Positions 48,651 through 58,964 of a stretch of 64,000 bases of DNA are shown here, piece by piece; positions within the stretch are counted from its first letter, which is position 1; every line of letters begins with the position of its first letter. Location: positions 434,001 through 498,000 of the forward strand of contig BROI01000014.1 in assembly GCA_027923505.1 (NCBI GenBank), given 5' to 3'. The position numbers and the translations under genes are program-made. Source of the DNA: Mayamaea pseudoterrestris. Lineage: Eukaryota. The notes under the pieces are model-generated. The model was not told the origin of the DNA, did not search any database, and saw nothing but the letters and a program-made list of their open reading frames with translations.

Positions 48651-50486
48651 ATGACCTTGTCGGCGTCGCCCTTTTTGCGCAAGCCAATCTACATTGTTCG
48701 CCTGCAGCAGCTGCAGCAAAAAGGAGGAGGAGGAGGAGGAGGAGGAGGAGGAGGACTCGAAGACGAAAACACTAATCAAAGCACTAATCAAACTCATCGT
48801 CACTTGTCGCTGCTTGACTTACTCGTGATTGGCGTGGGCGGCACCGTCGGAAGTGGCTTGTTTGTGCTGACGGGTCAGATTGCGTCACACTACGCGGGCG
48901 CCAGCACCTACATTAGTTTCGCCACGGCCGGACTGGCTGCTACGACGAGTGGATTGTGCTTTGCGGAACTATCGGGTCGGTTGCCCGTGGCGGGCAGTAC
49001 CTACGTGTATGCGCACGTATGTTTGGGGGAATTGGCAGCCGTCCTGGCGGCGGCGTGCTTGACGCTGGAGTATGCCGTATCGGGGGCGGCTGTTGCGCGG
49101 AGCTGGGGCGATAAAGTGAGTGAATTCATAGCCGCGATGCGAAATGCAGACGTTGCAGCGACTGCGAATGAGCAAGCAACAGAGGAGCAATCAGTCAGTA
49201 TCGTCAATCTACCTGCCTTTTTGGTCAGTTCCATTGCCACAATACTATTACTTGCTGGAGTGAACGAAAGCAAGTCTGTCACCAATATTATTACAGCCTT
49301 CAAAATGTCCATTGTCGCTTTCATGACGGTCGGAGGTTTCGTCCTGTTTCAGCGCCAAAACATGACACCGCTCGCCCCCTTCGGATTTCAGGGTGTTGCG
49401 CGAGGGGCAACCACCTCCTTCTTTGGCTACTTGGGCTTTGACGAAGTCTGCTGCGTGGCTTCCGAGGCGCTGCATCCGGAGCGCGACATGCCGCGCGCCG
49501 TGATTGGGACACTTGTCATTGTGACTTGCTGCTACATTGTGGCGAGTGTGGCACTGACCGGCATGCTACCCTATGACGAAATTAGCGCAACGTCGGGCTT
49601 TCCAGCAGCCTTTTACGCGCGGGGAGTATCTTGGGCTGGTACTTTTACAGCCATTGGCGAAATTGTGACGCTACCAGTCGTGGTGATTATCTCGCTCATG
49701 GCGCAACCGCGACTGCTGTCTTCCATGGCACAGGACGGACTGCTGCCGCCTATGCTCGGCAAAACTGATGACAAGGGAAACTTATTTGGAGCTACAGCAG
49801 TAGCTGGCGTTTTCATGACTCTGCTTGCGACTTTTGTGCCATTTACGTACCTGAATGACTTGGTCAGTGCAGGCATACTTGTTGCCTTTTGCATGACATG
49901 TTCCTGCTTGGTGCTGCTTCGATGCGAGTCGCCAGCCGGAAAGACTAAAGTTGTAGAGTACTGTTTGGCGCTTTACAACGCAACTTGCTTCGTTGCGGCA
50001 ATACTCTGGAGCCATGAAATTTGGTGGCTTCCACTGCAACGGCTCTGGGCGTCGCTTTTGACGCTGGCAATGATTGGCAGCGTCGTTTACATGGCCACGA
50101 CTTGCCCCAGATCCGCTCAGTTTGGGGGATCAATTTTGTCGAGCGAAGGTTCTACGTACACATCCTCTATATCCTACTTTCAAACTCCACTCGTTCCATA
50201 TTTGCCGTGCATTGGCATGGCAATCAATTGGTATCTCATTGCACAGCTCGACGCATCGGGAATACTCTTCTTGGTACTCTACCTCGGAGCGACCGCTGCG
50301 ATGTACATGTGGCAATGTGCACCCCGCTCCGTCGGCCACCGGTCGCAGTGGACTGCAGCCATGTCATCATCATATCATGGTTTGAGTCACGGCGATGACG
50401 GAGATCAAAATGAACATGACGATCAAATTGAGCTGAAAGAGTATGCAGTTACATCTACAAACGAAATATCAGGGGTTTTGTCGTGA
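48651..50486 (+). CDS. Cationic amino acid transporter (APC/CAT family)
   Basis: GGTVGSGLFV, AELSGRLPVAGSTY, FFGYLGFD, MAQDGLLP, FQTPLVPYLP. Confidence 0.92.
   Translation: MTLSASPFLRKPIYIVRLQQLQQKGGGGGGGGGGGLEDENTNQSTNQTHRHLSLLDLLVIGVGGTVGSGLFVLTGQIASHYAGASTYISFATAGLAATTSGLCFAELSGRLPVAGSTYVYAHVCLGELAAVLAAACLTLEYAVSGAAVARSWGDKVSEFIAAMRNADVAATANEQATEEQSVSIVNLPAFLVSSIATILLLAGVNESKSVTNIITAFKMSIVAFMTVGGFVLFQRQNMTPLAPFGFQGVARGATTSFFGYLGFDEVCCVASEALHPERDMPRAVIGTLVIVTCCYIVASVALTGMLPYDEISATSGFPAAFYARGVSWAGTFTAIGEIVTLPVVVIISLMAQPRLLSSMAQDGLLPPMLGKTDDKGNLFGATAVAGVFMTLLATFVPFTYLNDLVSAGILVAFCMTCSCLVLLRCESPAGKTKVVEYCLALYNATCFVAAILWSHEIWWLPLQRLWASLLTLAMIGSVVYMATTCPRSAQFGGSILSSEGSTYTSSISYFQTPLVPYLPCIGMAINWYLIAQLDASGILFLVLYLGATAAMYMWQCAPRSVGHRSQWTAAMSSSYHGLSHGDDGDQNEHDDQIELKEYAVTSTNEISGVLS
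48723..48755 (+). repeat. (GGA)11 microsatellite encoding poly-Gly
   Basis: Perfect GGA run inside the transporter N-terminus. Confidence 0.95.
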
Positions 50487-50555
50487 ATAACGGCCTTTAA
50501 AACCGAAAGTCGTCAATCTACACAAGTGACATGCCGTTATTGGTTATTGCTACTC

Positions 50556-51613
50556 TCATGGCGGATAAATGACATGTTTCAGCAGCACTTGCTTCTCATG
50601 CGTTACGCCATGCTCGTCCGCGTCGTCAAAGAAATGAACAGTGACCAAGGCATTGTTGCTAGCGGCTGCTGTCTTTCGCGGCGCCTGCACGACGGTTGCC
50701 TGATAAAACGAAGTCGTCTCGGGGTAGACGGCATATATTGTATCACCTTTCTTCAAGCTATCAATCTGCCCACTGAGTATCACTTGCTCCTCTGGGAGTT
50801 GAAAGACTGGGAATGGGAGATCGCAGGAAAGCAGTTTCATGAGTGACGTTGTTTCACATGAACGATTGTAACGGCGAGCTGTACGAGCTTCCTTGCTCAA
50901 ATTCAATGCACATACCTTTGTTGCTTTCCGTGTCCTCATCAGCGACTGTGTATAGACCAGTTGCAGTGTCAAAACCCAATATCTTGGACAAAATCCACTC
51001 GGACCCGGGAGTCGGCTGGCAAGCAGCCAACTCGTTGATTTGTCCGACAACCTTCGTCTGAAAGCCTCCGTTCGACTGCGTAACAGACCATAAACCAAAC
51101 GATTAGTCCAAAATACTAAAAAATCTTGCGAGCATGAGTTTCCTTTGCATGAAGTTTGTATTGAGTACGCACCTGTAAAAGCTTTTCCATGGCTTCCAAG
51201 TCACGCTCGAGGCGTTGCACAGTGACATCGACCATTTCGTAGGCCTGCTGCGCGACTGATACTTTTTCGTCCGATTTTTGCATCGTCTCCTCCTGTAAAT
51301 GTTTAATTTCGCGATACATGTCTTCATCGTACGTGTAATCCATCATTTCCAGTGTGGTCGGCATGATGATTTCCTCGCCGTTGAGCGTTCGCACGCCCGT
51401 CTCTCCGTTTGGTTGCTGGTACACAATTTCCAGATCCAGAACTTTCGCCTCTGCCTGCTTGATATATTCTTGATGCAGATAACGCATGCGCTCGCTGTCG
51501 ACTGTGCAGGACGAGTCAAGGTCACGCAAAAGATCCATGTTTCGTCGAACTTGGTGTGGGAGTGTCGAAAGTGTCTCCATAAAGGCTTCTAAATATGTTT
51601 CTTCGCTAGACAT
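50556..51613 (-). CDS. ING N-terminal domain + SGF29-type tandem Tudor protein; exons 51613-51173, 51075-50916, 50806-50556
   Basis: ING-N: TYLEAFMETLSTLP..VRRNMDLLRDLD...SDEKV..AQQAYEMVD...RLERDL. SGF29-like: EWIL, YTVADED, AVYPETTSFYQATV, VHFFDDAD. Two GT-AG introns join all in frame. Confidence 0.85.
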
Positions 51614-51983
51614 GGTAAAGAAAAAGACAAGTCTGATGAGGAGAGTGTTGAATGAGGTAGCTGTGAGTTTTCCTCGAACGTGTAGGCCGGAGGGCAGGCT
51701 TGATGGCGGAGTGAAAGGAAGTGCCATGGTGACAAGCGCGGTCGTCGTCGTCCGTTGTCTCGAGTACCGGAAGGACCTCAGCTGTGTCTCACGATGGATC
51801 TTACATGGGCAGGTACGATATACAGTATCGGTAACGACATCCATTTCCCAATGAAGCCCTAGTATTAAAGCATATGCACGAATGTGAAAGTAAATGCTAA
51901 AGCAACGGGATCGAGCACCGAGCAACTGCTTAGCAATGAGTCATAAGTCGCTCGCTCGCCGCTGGCCCGCACATTTCGGCACC

Positions 51984-52943
51984 TCACTTATCCAAGCACG
52001 GCAACGACCACTTTTTAATGCCTGGCTGATATATGCCAGGCATATGCGAGGTATTACTATACATGACCAAGTCCTTGCCTGTAAACTTGGTCACTCCACC
52101 AAGCGCCCAAGGACCCAGTTTCGATTCTGCAACCGATGCGGTACCTTCCAAATAAAAGGCAATAGATTGGTCGCATGGTGCATGGCTAACAATGCAAATA
52201 TTACTTGTTGGTTCCTGCTTTAGAATCAACTGCATCGTCTTGGCGCATCGTGCGAGCAATTGCTCCTCCGACTCTGGAAAGCAAGGTGCATGTGCGCTTT
52301 CATTCGCCGGATTCGCCGACTCATACGCAACATCAATGGTATCAAAGAGCTCGGCTAGCTCCTGCGTAGACTTTGGAAAAGTTTGCCTTCCACTCTCGTC
52401 GACAAGAAGCGACGGAATTTGCCATTCCGTGAGACCCTCCTCGACACGGACCGAGCAGCCACATGCCTTGGCAATATAATGAGCTGTTTCGGTTGTTCGC
52501 AGAAACGGAGAAGTGTAGACGACAGAAGGCTTGTCGAAAGCATCTGAAATGGATTTGGCAATGGCTTGCGCGTGTGTTACGCCTTCGAATGGATCAATGG
52601 GGCCTGAGAAAGTTCGAAGGTTGAAGCGATTTGATGAGCTGAGACTGCAGATGGCCAAGACTAATCGCACGATGAAAAGATTTTGAATTGCAATATCGAA
52701 AAAGCAAGTTCATCATTCATTGCTTTACGTGTTCATCGATGCTATTTTAATAATCCGCGCATGTCGATTGATGCGTTATGAACTAGCAATGAGCTGCCTC
52801 GCCGTTTGCAATTAACACGAGAATTCTCCCCGTTTTCGGTCATATTTTCACTCACTGTCATACGGTCCTACATTCTCCTGGAGTGGATACTTTGTCAAAC
52901 CGTATCTGACGATCCAAACACTCTGATTTGGGGCTGCCATCAT
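51984..52943 (-). CDS. Histidine phosphatase-fold protein with RYG in place of RHG; exons 52943-52856, 52603-51984
   Basis: WIVRYG, YTSPFLRTTETA, VEEGLTEW, FPES, IVSHA. Confidence 0.8.
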
Positions 52944-53317
52944 GGTTGCATGTGTAATTCGTCGCAAAAAATAATGGCGTCGGAAGATCCATTCTCGTCT
53001 TACCGGCACTAATTCATCACACCGGTAATGGCTGCGACATTTTTCATGCTGTGAGCGCAAGACTACCCGCGGTGGAAGCAGCATTGCGTTTCTACCAGCT
53101 TGTACTTGTACATCCTAAATAGTAGCTAATTTCTTATAGCCTAGCATACGTACTGTGCTAGTAGTATGATTCGTAGCTTGTGGCATCATTTCTGATAAGC
53201 AGGAAAGTAGAACTACAATATTTAATCATTTTGTTCTCGGCCTAACAGCTTGGCCTGAGCCTGCATAACATCATGCCCAGCTATGTTATCGTTCTTCCAT
53301 CTCAAATTACTTCTCCT

Positions 53318-54607
53318 TTACACCAACACCTCCAGTGCCGCCCTGGCAGCGCATCCGACGCGCCCATCCGGATGCGTTTTGGATATTCGAAAGACGGACG
53401 CATATCCTCCATGCTCCAGTATCAAGTGCTTGCGCAGCGTACTCCATTTGGATAGCTTGTACAAGGCCAAGGCTCCACCTTCACTCACTTTGGCATCTTG
53501 CCAATGCAGATTCAAGCTTTGAATAATGGCAGAAATGGCACCAACGTGAGTCATAATGTGAGCCAGTGCCAAGTTGCAACTCAAGTTTCCCAGCAAAAAG
53601 AGCACCTCCACCTGAACCTCTGCGTCGTCCAAGTGCTTGAGAAGAATAACATGCACCAAAAAGTGCAGTGTCTCCTGTTGAAACAAGCCTTCATGGTAGA
53701 AAAAGTGAGCGCCCATGTGAATGAGTGTGGCAACGGCCAGCGTCACAAGTTTCACGTTGCTACGATGCGTCTCCAAACAGTCCAAGACGGCGCGCACCGC
53801 TTCACTCGACGAGGTGCACTGCTGCGGCGTGAGTGCGACGGAAAGCTTGCCGAGGTGGCACAATATGCGGAGCGCATCCAGTTGTAGTGTGACTTGCTTG
53901 GGAAATGACACCATGATTTGCACAATGGCGCCCGGGACGTTGAGCTTGGCCACCCACTTGTCGAGCAATACTTCCAAATCAGCTTCATCATTGTTGTTGC
54001 CGCTTGGCATTCTGGTGACATGCTCGACAAGGTCATGCATGGCCGACGCAAGCAGTTGCATGGAATGCATGCGACACTCAAAGCAAAGCGTCACAAGGCG
54101 ATGAACCACCAATTCATCCGGCAAAAAGCACAACGCAGGGCCTGTCCAGGAGCCTAAGCTTTGGCGTTTCACATCCAATGGAAACAGGGCGCGCATGGAA
54201 GACTTGCTGGTGGTGTACAAAGGAACGCTGCTGCCAGTGGCGCATGGACGAGCTGACGGATCTCGCTGCTGCACCATTACCTCGTGGGGAACAATAGCCG
54301 TTTCGTCTCGCCTCCTTTGCAACGTTTGCATGTAGTCAGAATTCGAATCAACTGCTTGTACGTAACTATACTTTCTCTTTGGGGTAACGTGGCGTTGCTC
54401 GTGTTGTTCGTATCGATGGAATTGGATGCCGTCAGCTTTTTCGGGCGGCGATGCATCCACCGGCACGGCTGCAAATCTTTGTCGAATAATGTCATCGTTG
54501 GCTTCGATATTATAATTGAATGGACCAAGAAAGACTGGCGGCGGAGAATGTGCTGCGTCATTTCGCCCTTGCCTTGGAGGCGACGGCGACGTTGACGCTG
54601 ACCTCAT
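53318..54607 (-). CDS. Hypothetical protein with Armadillo-like helical repeats
   Basis: Repeats such as GAIVQIM..FP....LQ..A and GAISAIIQSL..H.....V...G..AL..L. Confidence 0.7.
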   Translation of the reverse strand: MRSASTSPSPPRQGRNDAAHSPPPVFLGPFNYNIEANDDIIRQRFAAVPVDASPPEKADGIQFHRYEQHEQRHVTPKRKYSYVQAVDSNSDYMQTLQRRRDETAIVPHEVMVQQRDPSARPCATGSSVPLYTTSKSSMRALFPLDVKRQSLGSWTGPALCFLPDELVVHRLVTLCFECRMHSMQLLASAMHDLVEHVTRMPSGNNNDEADLEVLLDKWVAKLNVPGAIVQIMVSFPKQVTLQLDALRILCHLGKLSVALTPQQCTSSSEAVRAVLDCLETHRSNVKLVTLAVATLIHMGAHFFYHEGLFQQETLHFLVHVILLKHLDDAEVQVEVLFLLGNLSCNLALAHIMTHVGAISAIIQSLNLHWQDAKVSEGGALALYKLSKWSTLRKHLILEHGGYASVFRISKTHPDGRVGCAARAALEVLV

Positions 54608-55189
54608 GGTGGCTGCTTATGGTTGCGTTTCTTTTGCTGCTTGCTTGATGGAGATTGTGACCAAGAGGTGCTGCAGCGATTGCTGACAGAGTAGACACAT
54701 ACTAGCAATCGCCGCTGACGAGCACTGCCAGTCGCTCATTGATAGTTTTGGAATTTCAAACCAGTCTCAAGGTCGTTGATGGCACGAGCGATCGCTCGCT
54801 CTCCTTGAGACCTGAATGAACGAGCGGAACGAGGCAATTTCATTCCATCATTTTAATAAGCTTCAGCAACTTGTCATTCTTAGTCTACTAGCGTGTTCCA
54901 TCGAGCAGTGACATATATTATGCATTACTAATGACCTAAATGGAATAAAGGGGACGAAAATCACAAGCGCGACGATGCCAATGAACAGTAAGTACCGGTA
55001 AGACGTTCAACGAACGTTGTCGCATGTCGTTCCGAGCAATGGACAATGGACGAGGGACCGCAAATGATCATTCGATCTTGCTGCGCAAGAAGAGCACTAT
55101 TTCTAGCAGCATCACCATTAGCGACAAGAGAATCTGTCCGTTCCTTCTCCCCTTTTCAGCTGCGCAGTCTCTCAAAGCAGCCGCTAGTC

Positions 55190-57139
55190 ATGGACACGAA
55201 CCTTATCGCTGTCGACGACGCCAATGACAGTTGCAACGACTTGTCCGACGGCGAATGGGAGCATACCAAGAAGCTGTTTCGGAGGTTGCGAGACGAAAAG
55301 TACAAAACAGTATGGGAGTCCATTGCGTCGAGGGACCGAGCGAGTCATGTTTTGCGTGACGAAACGAACCGCGTCGTACCAGTGGCTACCACAACATCCG
55401 CTCGCCAGCGTCATGCGACAAGCTCTTGTCAAGATGGATGCTGCAATGTGAATCCAAATGCCTTTCTACCGACGACAAGTGATTTAGCCTCCCGTCGAAA
55501 TGACGAGCTTACGGAAGGCTTGGCTCGTCTCGACTGGGATGCCAGTGCTGATCATTGCTATCCAACCGCAGACAATAATCAGGATCTAGGGTCCAGTCCA
55601 AATGGAGAAGCTAATGGTTATTTCGAGCAAGATGACGGATCCAAGTCTACAATTGGATACAATGGTGAAAGTGATTTAGATGAATCATCGGACGAGTCAG
55701 TCGGCAAATCCGATCAAGTTAGCTTTACCGATTCAACACCTGAACCGGAACGCGGCGCACGCAGAGGCACAGCGCCACGCTCCTCATTTGCGACATCTTC
55801 GCCAAGAACATCACCAGCCATTCAAAACGACAAGGGCGCATCTAGCAGCGAAACTGATGCTAATAGATTCGAGGTTATTGAAATCTCGTCAGACGAGGAT
55901 GACGATGATTTCGCGGCCCCAGCTGAAACTACTCGTGGTACAAGTACTTTCACTCGCTTACTTCAATCCAAAACTCTACCAAAATCACAACTTTTGATCA
56001 AGGAAAGGTTAGCCCCGATCGACAAGCGAAGGATGCACTCGCTGGCGCCTGGATCCGACTCTTCGGAAAAAAGCGATGATGAGGAGACTGATGGCATGTG
56101 GTTGTCGCCTCCCAACTGCACGTCGCCCCGCTTTGCATCTAACCACGATGAACCAAATAATGAAGTAGACGAATCTGATGAAGAAGGCGACGGCATATCT
56201 AGCTACAATGAGCGTCCAGCAGGTTTCTCCGACGACGCTTCGTCTGCTTCATCAGTTGAAAACAGCTGGGATGGAAAGTTGAGCGACGAGTCAGAATCCG
56301 AAAGCTCCGTCGAGGTCCCAGCAGAGACAGAATTTATAGTCTTGGACAGCGACAGCGATGATGAATTGATGCTTGTCACTCAGCCAGTTGACCAGCCCAT
56401 CAGATCGCGCGAAACAAAGTCACAGTCGTCAAGGAGCAAGACCACGTTTGCCAAGATACGCGAACAATTGGCATAGACAATTTTCAATGATTTTGATCAA
56501 CGCGTCTTTGACGGCAAGCTTAAAGCATCTGGAGTCCAATTGACTTGGAACATGCGCCTTACGTCAACGGCTGGCAAGACAATTGTGACGCGCCGCCGAA
56601 GCAATGATCAAGACGTTTACAGGGCCGACATTGAATTGAGTGCAAAAATTCTTGACCATGAAAACCGCTTACGTTCCACCTTGCTGCACGAAATGTGTCA
56701 CGCGGCTGCTTGGATTGTCGATAAGAATGCCAAACCGCCGCATGGACCCGTCTTTAAAAAATGGGCCAAACGTGCCAGGGCGAGAACGGGAGATACTGTC
56801 ACGACCACTCACACGTACAACATTGCAAAGTACGCTTGGGCGTGCACAACCGTTGGATGCAAGGTTAAAATTTTAAAGCCGACGAAATCCTTCAAGGCGC
56901 ATGCCTACGTTTGCTCCAAGTGCAACGGCAAGTTTGTCGAAGTTGATATTTTGACGGGTGAACCATTGCAGGCTCGCGAAAAGAAGCCACCATCCAAGTA
57001 TAACTTGTTTGTTAGAGAGCATTCTCAAACTGTGCGCAAGAATTTGGAAGGCAAGAGCAACGGGCGAAAAGTCTCGCAAGGAGAAGTAATGGCTGAGATT
57101 GCCCAGCGCTGGAAGAGGCAGATCGACGGTTCGGTGTAA
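55190..57139 (+). CDS. GCNA/ACRC-like SprT metalloprotease (acidic IDR, SprT, Zn finger, HMG-like), interrupted by in-frame TAG at 56474-56476 (ORF open from 55046)
   Basis: FAKIREQLA*TIFNDFDQRVFDGKL...WNMRLTSTAG...TLLHEMCH...PHGPVFKKWA, CxxxxC...CxxC, YNLFVREH...EIAQRWK. Both ORFs share one frame. Confidence 0.85.
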
Positions 57140-57338
57140 AGCTGAGAGAGAGTCAAGAAACATTTTTATTAATACTGCTATTTCGCGTAAACCTCCCCTG
57201 CCCGTAGTGACAGCTGAAGCGGTAGTTCTATAAGCATGTAGTTACACTATTCTTAAATGGCCCTTGGCCTAAAATATATTTACTTTCTGCTTTTCTGACG
57301 TACACGTCGATGCGAAACGAGGCAAAGCGCATTACAAA

Positions 57339-58071
57339 TCACGCCTTCTCATCCACTGGCCGCTCCAACGACGGAGACGGCACAGCCGTCCCCTTGACGA
57401 CGCCAACCTCCGCCACTGTGCTGTTACCATCGGGCAGTTCGGTTCGCTCATACGTGACTGTTTGCGTCTCGGGAGGCGGTCTCGCTGGTCGCTTGGGTGC
57501 GCCGTTGCGCAACATGACAACGCCCGTCAAGAACCACAGTAACGTAGCAATCACATTGGCAGTCGAGCCCTGATCCCATACACATTCCGCCGCATATGAA
57601 TCCGTTAATCCATACGCATTCAGAATTGAATTGTTTGTGCAAAAGGAGCTTCTAAAGATCAAAAAGGTCAATCCTTGAAACAGCGTCAAAATGACGATAA
57701 AAATGATTGCGACAAGCTTCCAAGTCTTTTCATTGACAAAGTATAAACATGGCGCCAAGTACAGGAACCACACCAAGAGTCCTCCAACAATCAACACGAT
57801 GATTCCAAACGCTCGCACCGTTTTCAGTTTCGCGTCCGCATCCAGGGCGCCGCGCGGAAAGGACGCGCAGTAACTCTGTTGCACGTAGTACTGCGTCCCG
57901 CCAGCGGTGGCGTTGGTGAGAATGGCGGCGCTCCAAGGACCGATGCGAATCGTTTGCAAATTGGCTGCTGCGTCATCGGGAACGAAGGCGACCGACTGGC
58001 ACCAAAAGCTAAAGAGAAAGCTTGTCAAAAAGGCAAAGGTGGCGAGAATGGCCGGAATGAGCGAAATGGCC
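57339..58071 (-). CDS. Four-TM claudin-like membrane protein; last exon only, first exon not identified
   Basis: Four hydrophobic helices with the G.W...C extracellular pattern. Pyrimidine-rich acceptor TATTTACAG at 58080-58072. Confidence 0.7.
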
Positions 58072-58265
58072 CTGTAAATATAGTAGATGTGTGAGAAATG
58101 GAGCAAGATTGTAGATGAATGAGGTGTCTATTCGGGTGTTGCTAGATCTCTGCTCGACCCTGAACCATTGTCTCGTCGAGAGCTTCGCTCCCGCGCCCGT
58201 ATCATCAGCGGTTCACGCACCATTTCCAATTCATTCTTCTGTACTTTGCGCAAGTATTATTTATT

Positions 58266-58345
58266 ATTGTGGTAGGATATATCCGGACATGCTTCACGAC
58301 ATTAATTGTGGTAGGATATATCCGGACATGCTTCACGACATTAAT
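58266..58345. repeat. 39-bp tandem duplication
   Basis: ATTGTGGTAGGATATATCCGGACATGCTTCACGACATTA at 58266 and 58305. Confidence 0.95.
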
Positions 58346-58346
58346 G

Positions 58347-58786
58347 GGTGTAACTTGGTGCGACATGCCGTACTTCTTGGCGTTCGTGCATCTACTCCAA
58401 TGACCCATAAATGACTGGTGGTTCTGCGACATCATCTACCCGGGCCAGTCAATTTAGCATACTGCGTCTGCTATTTGGCAATGTTTGTGCGCGCGTAGCG
58501 CGCAAGTCGTTGCAGACATTGTAAAACCATTGATCCTACCACCTCCCCGCCCCGCGAATGTGTTTGGTGTAACTTGGTGCGACATGCCGTACTTCATGGC
58601 GTTCGTGCAGTCTACTCCAATGACCCATAAATGACCGGTGGTTCTGCGACATCATCTACCCGGGCCAGTCAATTTAGCATACTGCATCTGCTATTTGGCA
58701 ATGTTTGTGCGCGCGTAGCGCGCAAAAGTCGTTGCAGACATTGTAAAACCATTGATCCTACCACCTCCCCGCCCCGCGAATGTGTT
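58347..58786. repeat. ~219-bp tandem duplication (58347-58564; 58566-58786)
   Basis: Two copies differing by a few substitutions and small indels. Confidence 0.95.
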
Positions 58787-58873
58787 ACTTCGGTGCTACA
58801 ATAGAACCTTGATCGTTGTGTTCGCCTCGTAGATGCGCTTTTGCTGCTTCGCGCGCGAGGACGCATTCACTTT

Positions 58874-58930
58874 GTCGCTCCGGGAATGGTTATCACTCAG
58901 GGAATGGCTGTCACTCCGGGACTGGTTATC
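58874..58930. repeat. 18-bp minisatellite x3
   Basis: GTCGCTCCGGGAATGGTT / ATCACTCAGGGAATGGCT / GTCACTCCGGGACTGGTT. Confidence 0.85.
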
Positions 58931-58964
58931 GACGATGACCATCGCGCAGTTTGCTGCTGCTGGT

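Larger units (their letters stand above)
58266..58964 (-). mobile_element. 3' end of an older LTR retrotransposon (ORF tail, PPT, ~233-bp LTR) with internal tandem duplications
   Basis: On the minus strand an open frame ends at TAA 58787-58785, then PPT GGGGCGGGGAGG is followed directly by TGGTAGGAT. The LTR closes with the inverse ATCCTACCA (58309; duplicate at 58270). Confidence 0.7.

Noticed and set aside
58266..58345. CRISPR-like repeats (also 36258-36327)
   Set aside because: Only two abutting copies, no spacers, no cas genes, eukaryotic context.
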